NCBI GenBank assembly: GCA_046563655.1
Contig: CM102285.1
Location: 8,618,001-8,682,000, forward strand
Length of the DNA: 64,000 nt
From: Yuukianura sp. NJ FZ-2021
Lineage: Eukaryota
Direction of reading: 5' to 3'
The notes under the pieces are model-generated. The model was not told the DNA's origin. It was given only the letters and a program-made list of their open reading frames with translations, and ran no database searches. Positions 35,635 to 46,216 of the stretch are shown piece by piece (position 1 is the first letter of the stretch; every line of letters starts with the position of its first letter). Both the position numbers and the translations under genes were made by a program.

Positions 35635-36687
35635 ATGTCGCGGTCGAGGGCCGCTTCAGCTATTGAAAAGCAAAAGGACGACGACGACGCTCTCCCGAGT
35701 GTTAACAATGGCAAAGGGACCGGAAAGGGGTTCCATGCGACGCTTAAGCGATTTCAGACTATGGACGTTAGCACTGGAAATGAGGAGTCACTGGGAAGCT
35801 TTAATTCGAAACCGAATGGGAACAGGAGTAGTGGCGGAAGTGAAAGTGATGGTAGCGGAATGTCATCACAAATGTCGCTTCCGAAGAATGCGGGAATTGG
35901 GAAAGTGGAGCGACGACCTGGTGTGCACTCCAACAGCGTTACATTTATGGAGCCCCCGCAAGAATGGATTCCGATCAAGGGTTCCGATCAGGACGTCGGT
36001 TCTGATCAGGACTGTTGTCGATCCGCCGATAATGACATTTTGGACTTGCGAACCCTACCTCCTGGCGTGCCCACTAACTTGCCGAAGTGGAATGGACCTG
36101 AGACTGCCTGTGGGTCAACGTATGGAGCTGACAGTGCCAAAAATGAGCAGGCGTCTGCTGCTGTGCCCAAGTTCTGTAGTCACCCGGTTGCGCCTGGATC
36201 CATTTTGATTCTAGGTCAACACCAGTGTCAGTCACATGTCACGACATCCTCTGACGAAAGTGACATTACTCCGCATTCTGTGATCTTCAATGTCCTCAGT
36301 GCCTCTCCTCCCAAATTCCAGCCCACAAGAACTTCAGATACTGTAAATACTGGAGGTCAAAATCAGCAAACAGCAGTAGAACTTCCTCCAGGCCATTCGG
36401 CAGCAAAGAAACGTATCACTCCAGCCCCACCGCCCCGTCAGTGGTTTCCAGCTCAAGTAAACAAGCCTTTATACTTTTTTGTAGAAACTAGTCAGTTTTG
36501 GACGGTAACTTATGGACCAGAATTTTTTTGTAAACCAGATATTGGCCATTTCAGACTATGTTCCGTCCAGAAGAGTATTGTCTATGAAGTGGCTGTCCAG
36601 AAAAGCCCGGGAATATTTTTTGTAGTACCCAAAGATGAATGGCGTGTTTACTTTGTTCAAAGAGAACGAGACCGGCTCTTAATCTGA
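35635..36687 (+). CDS. Uncharacterised 350-aa protein
   Basis: 1053-bp uninterrupted ATG-TGA ORF, GC-richer than its flanks. Disordered S/G/P-rich N-terminal part and an aromatic-rich ~80-aa C-terminal segment. No family recognised. Confidence 0.55.
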   Translation: MSRSRAASAIEKQKDDDDALPSVNNGKGTGKGFHATLKRFQTMDVSTGNEESLGSFNSKPNGNRSSGGSESDGSGMSSQMSLPKNAGIGKVERRPGVHSNSVTFMEPPQEWIPIKGSDQDVGSDQDCCRSADNDILDLRTLPPGVPTNLPKWNGPETACGSTYGADSAKNEQASAAVPKFCSHPVAPGSILILGQHQCQSHVTTSSDESDITPHSVIFNVLSASPPKFQPTRTSDTVNTGGQNQQTAVELPPGHSAAKKRITPAPPPRQWFPAQVNKPLYFFVETSQFWTVTYGPEFFCKPDIGHFRLCSVQKSIVYEVAVQKSPGIFFVVPKDEWRVYFVQRERDRLLI

Positions 36688-38623
36688 GGCTCCAAATAAT
36701 CCTTGGCATGAGATGAGCCTTTCTCTCCAACTTTCTCCATCTTCCTAATGGAAAAATCCACCAATTTTGAAACGGGTTTTCAGTTAACTGGATATTTTTC
36801 ATACAATAGACAAACATAGGCATTCTTTCGTAGTTTCTAGTCCAGAGTTGTGGTTCGGACATGGAGTATAAAATGACTAGAAATACTTTTAGTACTAGAC
36901 AGACGAATTCCATTAAACATGTGCAAACCCCTTTGAGATTTAGGACGATTCCAAACTTCAGAGCTAGCTTAGCCAAATCTAGAAGCTTTCAGCGCTCGAA
37001 TGACCAGAGGCGGTTCACATGCTTGCCTAAATTAAAAGAAAATACTGCCCAAAACGATGCGTAGGATTGACTAACTGAACCAACACAGTTAGGTCTATTT
37101 TTAAACAAGAAATTATTTCAGTATTTCCAAATTATTATTCGTTTTGTCTAAAATGTCAATTTCCGGTTTGGGAATTAGTTTGGCACAGTACGGAAGCTGC
37201 CATCGGTCGTATCTCGTGCGAATACTGGCAGCTGGAAAATGCATGTCTATGTCTACACAGTTCTGGTTAATGATTTGATAGGAAGTCTCAGGAGTCTCAT
37301 CAGCAGCGGCTGTAGCCCACCTCACGCCCAAAGCCACTCCACTTGTCTCGAAGGCAAAGCAGTGGGAAAGCGGTGCTGGGGGTGGGGCCGACTCCATCGT
37401 GCCTCTGGTGGAAACAGATCCATCCTCATGGGCCCACCAAAGTGGGTCTCTGCTCCATCAACATCTACGTGCCACCACGCCAGGGCCCTTCATCCATCAT
37501 GATCAAGTCTCCTCTGCTCTCCCGCCCTCCAGAACCCTTCCGCACCAAGTCAAGGTAACACAATCTACAACTAAACTAAACTTCAGACACAGGTTGCCAC
37601 AAAGTGTAAAACAAAGGGGATGTTGTTGTAGTAAAACTATACATGTAGACTCTACCATAAGTCAAAACATTTTGAAGGGTTAGGTTAAGCTAGCCTAGAG
37701 TTAGGGTAGGTTAGACGTTGTTTGGAGAGAGATGCTTCCGTTACGGAAGAAGAAGCATTCCTGGAAAACTACAATTTCCAGGGCACTATTCTGTACTAGA
37801 GAGAAAGTCCTTGCTGACGGAGAAAATTCGTTTTTTGGAAAGTAAGTTAAGGTAAGCAGAGTTTTTGGGGTGCTGTCACACGTCAGCAGAACAAACGCTC
37901 CTTAATGGATTACTTTTTCTCCTCACTTGCAAGAAGACTTGAGTCTAATCAAATCTAAAGCCTCACTAGAACTAGTATCATCCGTCGTCCAGCAATGGTA
38001 GAAGTTAGCAAGCATCCAGGGTATTCCAGTAGATTAGGTTGCTAGACAAAGTGGCAATGATTTGACGTAGATTACTTTCCCAGGAAGGTCAACATAGGCA
38101 AAAATGTTCCATGGAGAAAAGTTTCCGACGAAGTGGCAGTGAAAGTTAGTTCAAACTTTCAACTTGAAAGGGGAGTTGAAACAAAGTTCTTGCTAATCTT
38201 TCACTGGAGGTTGCAGTAATGACAGTTTAGACATTACACTTTAAGACTCAAGTCTCCCAGTCAAGCAACTAAGAATAATTAATAACGTACTGTTTAAGAA
38301 ATATTTCGCAGCTTTAGTCTGAATATGAAAGCGGTTCTTCACTAACTTTAGAATAACTATGCTAGTAATTAATATGGAGCAAGAAAAAATTCATAACTGA
38401 TTGTGAGTAGGCAAATTAAAGGTTTTGGTTCAAACTTTTATTTTCAAATTTTGATCAGTGAGCAATTAAGTCTGCTGCAATAATTTCGGCTTATTAATTT
38501 AGCACCAGAACTTATTTTTAAGATTATCCCGACTAGGATTTTAGTCGAACAATATTTGCTACAATGCTTTCAGTTGACTTGTTTATTCTGTATTCTTGAT
38601 GGATCCAGTGATTTGTTCGATGC

Positions 38624-38920
38624 TCAGAATCGTCGTTGGGAAGGCGGGTATCCAGTGACGTGTGGTTGGGGAGGCGGGTATCCAGTGACGTGTGGTTGAG
38701 GAGGGTACCCAGTGACGGGTGAAGGGTAGGTACCCGGCATCGGAGGGCGGGGAGGGGGCGGCATGCTCATGTTGTTTGTAAATGGTGGACCAGGTGCATG
38801 CAGCTTAGCGACGGTATTGTCATGAAGTGACTTAATGATGCACCAAGCGATTCCCCACGAGCCCACACTGATGACAACAATTACCACTATAAAGATCACG
38901 ACGATCATCAACACGTCCAT
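38624..38920 (-). CDS. Small single-pass membrane protein with Pro-rich tail, paralog 1 (98 aa)
   Basis: Hydrophobic helix, WGIAWCIIKSLHDNTVAKL, GPPFTNN, VTGYPP repeats and QRRF end; homologous to the next two ORFs. Confidence 0.8.
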   Translation of the reverse strand: MDVLMIVVIFIVVIVVISVGSWGIAWCIIKSLHDNTVAKLHAPGPPFTNNMSMPPPPRPPMPGTYPSPVTGYPPQPHVTGYPPPQPHVTGYPPSQRRF

Positions 38921-38952
38921 CCTTGTTCAATTTTTTTGCGCGTACTAGTTCC

Positions 38953-38971
38953 TCGACCTTGACCTTTGACC
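38953..38971 (-). promoter_or_regulatory. AGGTCA direct-repeat motif (nuclear-receptor-like) upstream of paralog 1; equivalents at about 39717-39736 and 40545-40561
   Basis: AAGGTCAAGGTCG is present about 25-35 bp upstream of each of the three ATGs while surrounding sequence diverges. Confidence 0.5.
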
Positions 38972-39347
38972 GGTTAATCCTTTTTTTTTTGGATTTGCGG
39001 AAATTAAAAATTTAGTACCAAACGCTAAACGGAATGAAAAAATTAAAAATCTTCCTCTTGGGATCGGATCGGACGTCGCAAACGTTTCGGTTAAGCTAGC
39101 GCACGACTGTTAGCAACATTAAATTAACTAATGTGGTTTCGATAACAACAAAGTTTTCTAAATTGACACTCTTATGCACGAATTTGGTGGAAGATTGCTT
39201 ATTACAATACAAACCGATGGACCTTGGACATTTTTTAAGTCTGTTTTTTTATTTTCAAGTTTTAGTCAATGAATAATATTTGCTACAATGATTTCAGTTG
39301 ACTCGTTTATTCTGGATTCTTGATTGATCCATCGATTTGTTCCATGC

Positions 39348-39692
39348 TCAGAATCGTCGTTGGGGAGGAGGGTACCCAGTGACGGGTGGAGGGTAGGTAC
39401 CCGGCATCGGAGGACCGGAAGGTGGTGGCATGGCCATGTGGTTTGTAAACGTTGGACCACGGTCACGCAGTTGAGCGACTGTTTTGTCATGGAGTGACTT
39501 GATGATGCACCAAGTGATTCCCCAGATCGCTAAAGTCAAGCCGAAGATTACCCCAAAGATGATCAAGCCCAACGTGAAGGCGTCCGGGTAACTACTAGGA
39601 CTAGTACTAGTACTCCGCCGTCTCTCGGTCTCCACAGTATCGTCCCCAGCACTTCCGGAATATTTGCTCTTGTACCTGTCGTCGCTACTCAT
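39348..39692 (-). CDS. Small single-pass membrane protein with Pro-rich tail, paralog 2 (114 aa)
   Basis: TM helix then WGITWCIIKSLHDKTVAQLRDRGPTFTN...PGTYPPPVTGYPPPQRRF; downstream sequence aligns with that of paralog 1. Confidence 0.82.
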   Translation of the reverse strand: MSSDDRYKSKYSGSAGDDTVETERRRSTSTSPSSYPDAFTLGLIIFGVIFGLTLAIWGITWCIIKSLHDKTVAQLRDRGPTFTNHMAMPPPSGPPMPGTYPPPVTGYPPPQRRF

Positions 39693-40203
39693 TCTTTTTT
39701 CTATTTCGCGTATTCGTCCGACCTTGACCTTGGACCGATAACTTCTTTCGCACCAGATATCAAAACAGATTTAATCGGAATCAAAATACCTCGGGGATTC
39801 ACGTTCTTCAGGTTCACTGCTCCTTTAGCGCACCGCACCACGCGCTTTGATTGCACCACTCTAGGTTGTTGGAAATATTCTAGCGTAGTTTTAGTTGATT
39901 GTTGCCATCATTTCAGCAACAGAAGTTTCTATACCAACTAGGGTTTCTAAATTCTCATTCTAAAATTATTATAGGATAAAAGAGAAATGTCACAGAGTGG
40001 AAGTCAAATGGAGTGAAAGGAACAAATTCCAGATTCAAAGGAACGCGTTTAAATTCGTTGCCAGATTTAGTTGGTATGAACAATTTAATTGGTCAACAAT
40101 TACAATTACATCAAATTTCGGTGTAACGATTAACATTTCCGTACAGGAGCTAGCTACATAATACTATCTGTATTACTTTTACGTTCGTTTGTTTTGGAGA
40201 AGA

Positions 40204-40518
40204 TCAAACTCGTTGTGCAGGAATGTTTCCGACAGTCGGTGGACGATTCGTACCTGCCGTCGGTGGACCAGTAGATGGTTGCATGACCACGTTGTTCGTA
40301 AATGGTGGACCACGGTCGCGGAGTCGAGCGACGGTTTTCTTATGAAGTGACCTAATAATGCACCAAGTGATTCCCCATCCCACTACGAATAGGCAGTAAC
40401 ACACCGTAGCAACGATACAGATGATGGTGAAGGTGTCCATGCCCTTTGGACTGGTTTGCGTTTCAGTGGATCCAGCGTTGTGTCCGCTGCTGTTATTGTC
40501 GTTGTTGGTCAAACTCAT
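40204..40518 (-). CDS. Small single-pass membrane protein, paralog 3 (104 aa from ATG 40518)
   Basis: TM helix then WGITWCIIRSLHKKTVARLRDRGPPFTNN; tail diverged with the Tyr residues lost. Confidence 0.8.
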   Translation of the reverse strand: MSLTNNDNNSSGHNAGSTETQTSPKGMDTFTIICIVATVCYCLFVVGWGITWCIIRSLHKKTVARLRDRGPPFTNNVVMQPSTGPPTAGTNRPPTVGNIPAQRV

Positions 40519-43500
40519 TGTTCTTAGCTTCTTTTGCGTATTTCTTCGACCTTGACCTTGCACTTCTCTTGCTTCAGAAATCTAAGCTCAGTGAGCCAGA
40601 ATGAAAATATTCTCGGGTATGGCGTCCTGTGAAGTGAACACGTCGGCCTACCTTTTGACCTAATGTGCTGATGTACCTGGATTTTGCAGTGCGCAACGTT
40701 CGCTGATGCGAATCCCAATCGCCACACTAATAACAAAATTTAAGAAACCGACGTTTCCATAACTTCAGTAAAGTTAAGTTTCATTGATATTTTCCTTTCA
40801 AAATTTCATGAGCAATGGGTTTAGCTGAACATCTCTCATGTCTGGAGGGATGTTGCCACAAAGATCCTCCATAGTAGTATGTAGTATGCTTGGAAATGGG
40901 AATTTGTACAAAAGGAAATGTCAGAGAGTGAAAGTCAAGCTTTTGGACATAAGGGAGGAAGATATGGAATTTTTAAGAAATTAGAAAACTGGCGGATACT
41001 TCCCTCGACTCCGTCTCATTACCATTCTTATCTCCCACTTCAAAAGCTTTTCCCGAACTTTCTCCAAAGGGCTTTGCCTCTGGAGCAGTATTAAACCTAA
41101 GTGATACTCCGCCTGAATAAATAAAACGTCCCAGATTCCATTGTCGTGTTAGCATAACCTTTGGAAGTCAACCCAAGCTTATGTGCAACACTTCTAAGTA
41201 AGTTCTAGTTCCAACTTTTAATTATTCCCCCTTAAAAAAGCTGGAATGGGTGTATATTAGGCTGCTTATTTAAGTTTTTAGGAACTTGGAACTCTCTCAA
41301 CAGCCTAAGTGAATTCTGAAATGGAGCACAATTATTTTCCTTTCTCTCAGTTGGATGATTTTCAACAAATTTCAAGATTTGAATCTGAATTGAATTTCTT
41401 TTGGTTAGAGATTTGAATAGGGAAGGAGTGTAGAAAATCTCCCAAGTGGAGACATTGAGACAATTGCTTCCTTTCCTTTTTCTAAGGCTTTTCCTCTCTT
41501 CATTTTGTAACTTCTTGCTTTCACCATAAGCCAACCAGTGAAAGTCACTTCTTTTCAAAATTTAGACTAAAATTTTATGTGATTAGGTTGGGTGGAAATA
41601 TTATTATGTTATTTAAATCACCAACTAATGGTTTATACTGACTACTTGTAGCTGTAGTGCTTATGCAAGAAAAGTAACTATTGTCTTCCGATTATTCGAT
41701 TATTTTGAAGTTTTGCGGCCTAGATCAAAATTTTAATGGATTTTCAAAATTATTTATGACAGATTTATACCTAATTTTATGAAAACCAACTTCTAGTGCA
41801 TAAAAATGTTTTCATCTAAACTATCCTCATCTTATTTGTCGATAACAATATCTCGAAAACTATGTGGATGACCATGGGCTGGGTTTGAGATAATGTTTGT
41901 ATAGTAGATATTTTGATTAGAGATATTTTCTGACGAGAAACTGACTTCTGAAGGTAATACGCATGATTTTTTCTTCTCTTTAATCGTAAGTTTGAACTCT
42001 CAACTTTTTTTCTGTTCGTTTTTCTAAAAAAAAAGAAAGTGAATTCGAACGTTTGACTTCTCTTCTGGAGTTGTGCTAAATTCTCTCGTGAGGGGGGTAA
42101 TCATCTGTCAGCTACGTAATAAAAGTTTCCTCTTCCTTTTCTTCTTGTCAGTTAAATTAATTAATTCTTTAGATCCACCAACTTCTTTTCTTTTCCACTT
42201 TTACAACATCTCAACCCAGTCAAAATTTCAATTTCAATTTTGAAACTAAAAGAACAAAATCATCTCATTTTTCAACTTTCTTTTCTAAAGAAAATCTTCA
42301 AATGAAGTGACAACCTTCAACACCAGTCACCATTTTTTCAGGATTTGACTAGATTCAAAGAGGTGTCAAAAGTTTGAGTTGGCCTAATCCGAAGCATTAA
42401 CTTTGATAAAAAATGTTTGCCTTCCATTTACAAATCAATTTTTCTCTTCCTGGAGTAATAAAAGTACTAAAGAGCAATCCTTTAGTGTTTTTTTTTAGAA
42501 AGAAGCTGCAATAAGGAGAAAGTTAATTAAAAAAGAAAGTAGTTAGGCGACTACTTTGTAAGTAAATTCCTTTGGTGGATTATAAAATAAGAAAGTTTAA
42601 GAAGTTGTTCAAAGGGAAATCGAATTGGACCCTCGTTACCTCCTTCCAGTTAACTCAACTTTCACTTTTCATTTTCCCTGTTACGCCGTTCTAGCTTTCT
42701 GCTACTGGACTTGTCTTTAGAAAGTACACTTGGAGAAAAAGTGCTTAATGTTTAATGGGTAAAATGGGCAATATCTTCTTACAAAAATTGTGCTTTGAAG
42801 GAACGGGACGGAAACTCATTTGGTTCTGGTTTCTGAGCGCCTAAGCACCGCATGTTATCTCCTTTCGTCGCTTTTGAAATGTAAATTAGCCAATTTTTAC
42901 TAGACTTTTCCCTCTCTCTTCCTCTGCTGCTTTCTACAAAGTAGTTTTATGCCGCTTCCTCATGTGAATTATGCTACACCGAAAGTTCTTTACGGAGTTG
43001 TGGAAAACGGTGCTAGTTCAACTGGAAGGAAAAGTCTTCTTTTTTCACTGATTTTTAGCTTCTAGCCTCCTCTTTTCCCGCCCTGACTGTTTCTCTCTTT
43101 CTTCCTTAAGATTAGGTTAGGTTCGTTTGGGGGGAAGTGCACTAGCAGAATATTTGCATACACAGTATGAAAGTGGTAAGGCTGTCGTAGCATTGCGAAA
43201 GGAGAAAGCAGATTATGGGAACTTAGAAGCTATTTCGCCGATTTGTGGAATGTTAGCTGGAGAAAGTCTTTGGTTCAGGAGTCGAAAGAGATAAAATGGC
43301 CATTGGGCCGTATAAGATTTATGTCCACTGTGGTTTGCTTGGCTAATTCTCTCGAATCTCTTCGTCTGTGGTAAGCAGGGGAGAAAGGGGAGTAGGATAC
43401 ACTTATTGATAAAAATCGAAATTCGGTGGGCTTGGTCTTCTGAAAGATCTTGGCCAAAACAAGCCGAGAGAGTCTTGGAAAGTTTGACTTTTGGTTTTAT

Positions 43501-46216
43501 AGGTTCCTTCCTCTGAAAAGGACTAAAGGACTAAGGTTGGAAGTAGAAACCAAGATCAGTGACAGTATTTGTGTGTGTATTGTGTAGTAGGACACAGTTT
43601 CCAGTGCACTTGGTATTCATTGCTTCCAGGCACTTTCTCCCCTTTCGAATTCCAATGTTTCAATATTCCAAGGCAAAGCGAGAGTGGCGGAAGAGACTTT
43701 GAAATCAGGAGTTTATGGGCTGGTAGCCCCGAGAGACTCTCCTTTCTTCTTTCCATGCTAAAAAGCGTGTCTAAGAAGAAAGTGAGAAAGCTAGAGGCCA
43801 AAGGTAAAGTTCAAATTGACTCAGAGGTTGAGTTCAAATGCAAATTTTTTGAATCCAAAAAGTGGCTGGAGACCATGTACGGAGGAGTAAAGAGAGATGA
43901 GTTCTGTCTTCAATTTTATTCCCATTAGAACGAACCCTGAGGTTGAAACAGCCAGGATTTAGCCGCAATTTAATTCCGAAATTTCCAAATCAGTTACATG
44001 TAAGGCTTTTGTTGTATGTCGTACAGGGGCTCATAGTAAGCGACCTTGGGGGCTTGGGGTTTTGTGGTGAATTTAATACAAGGTGTATCATTTTGCTTTT
44101 AGAAGTTTTCGTGTCACTGCTTCAGAAGAAGCGTTTCGATTTTTAAGATAATTTTGAACGTTGATGGATGATCTTAAAATTTCATTGAGGGTTGTTGAGT
44201 CGATTCAAATTTTGAAAGGAAGTTGAATGAGGGAGGCTTGAATGAAGATTAATAATGATCTTTGAGCAAGGACATTTAAGAAGGAGACGCGCGACGCAAG
44301 ATTGATGTTGTGAAGTGTCCGATTCAATTTCCTTCTAAATACTGACTTTCTTCGGTCACATTTTAGTAAGAAATTTAGTAAAAATCTTTTGGAAATTCTT
44401 TTTTCAAACTCACCTCAAAGTTCTCTGTTAATTTGCTTTTAACTTGTACTACTTTCGTGCGTCGGTGGGTAACGGACATGGATAACCAAGAGATACATTT
44501 TTCCACAACGTTTTTTTTCATTTCCTTGATCCTGGGTGATCCAATTTCGAACAGCCGAGCGCCAGTGCTTAAAACTTATTTGAAACTCCACACGATTTTC
44601 CCACCATTTAGCCACCATGACGCAGTTCGAGCTACTAAATGGACTCCTTCTAGAAGAAGGGAGCCATTTAACACACTTGACAATTCTTTCATGAACGTCA
44701 ATTCAAGTTTAGCTCCAATGTCTATATTCTCGTTGTAACTAAGTTCATCCAAAGTTAGAGCAGAAGGGAAAGAGACATTACAGTAGCTCACGGCCATTTT
44801 GTTGTCCAAGTAGCCTCTCTAAGAAGCCTTCTCAATTTCAAACTGACCTGGAGGCGACATTTAGTGTCACTTTCTTGCTCAAAGTGTCAATTTGGCAGTC
44901 CAAGTCCAGAGACAATTGAAACGGATGGAAGATGCGTTGTTTGCTCAAACTGTATTAGACTGAGGAAGATAGTGTTAGAATCTGTGCCAAATTAAAGTAA
45001 ATGAGGGGATGGGAGTGACAGTTGTGGGTCCTCGTGCTTTACGACAATCCTAAACGTAAATGTCTCAATTTCTTGGTATAAAATTTGGAGTGTAGGAGGG
45101 TGAGAAAATTCAAGGAAGTTTTAAAATATGCAAAAGGAGGAAGGACCTCTTCAATTATGTACTTGTACACTGCTGAAATTGTCTCCTTGGTTAGGATCTT
45201 TTGAAACTTTAAAGTCTCGCTTCAAGACAAGGACAAAGTTGGTGAGAGTACATTTGAATAACTTATAAATGCAACAAGATCTCACTGGTGCGTGGCCGTA
45301 GAGGAGAAAGTGTTTTTAGTAGAAAGTTCTTTACACTAAAACCCAGCTGCTACCCACCCTCCGGGGTCAGAGGTTGCTCCGTTAAGAGTCAATTATGTGG
45401 AAGTGTCTTTGGAGAGTGCTGGAAGAAACTGCTTAGTTGTTGTGAGCACTGCGGAAACAGCACGCTCCTGACTTTGAATCATCGACTGCGACAATGGACA
45501 AAGGAGGAGGCGGAGGGAGGTGAAAGTTGAAGCAATTCTCTACTTTTCACCAAAAACCTCAATTTGGAAGAGATTTCGAGCGCAGAAACCGAGAAGTGGA
45601 GGTTGAAATAATTGCAGGCATAAATTCTTGTTCCAAAAGTAAAACACATTTAATTTCTAAACGAATCAAAATTTAATCTCTCTAATTGCTTACACACTGA
45701 GAGTTCCACACTTTCTCTTTTGTAAGGCAGGGCAGAGGCAGGGAAGTTCCAACTTTTCCTTTCATGTCCTCGTCTTTTTGCATTTTCAAAAACTTGGCGG
45801 AAAAAAATATATTTTAAACTTTCTCTTTAAATTAAACTATTTTTGCCCATGGGCGGTTTGTCCTTCTGCTTAAACTGAAACTTTCTTTAAGCCTATAAAA
45901 TAATGATGGGTTTATCTCTATAATAACATCACAGTATTTTAGTCGTTGAAAGAATAACGAACAAAGTTCTAACAAAATATAGTGTGAAAAATTTAATGCA
46001 TATTTGATGTACCGACAAACGACGAGTAAAAGTGTCCTAGCATGTACTAATTGTAACAGCTTTCCTTGTTAGGATAATGTATTGTTCAGGAACGGAAGCG
46101 TCCGTTTCATCTTTCATACTTCTGATCTTTGATGAGTTTTTGAAATAAATGGTGAACATTAATTTTGATTTGTAACGAGAAGTTTTGTCTGGTGTGAACA
46201 GGGCCCAATCAAAGAA

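Noticed and set aside
44430..44830. Minus-strand frame faintly like a retrotransposon integrase zinc-binding region
   Set aside because: Key His/Cys residues are not convincingly present and the frame has a stop.
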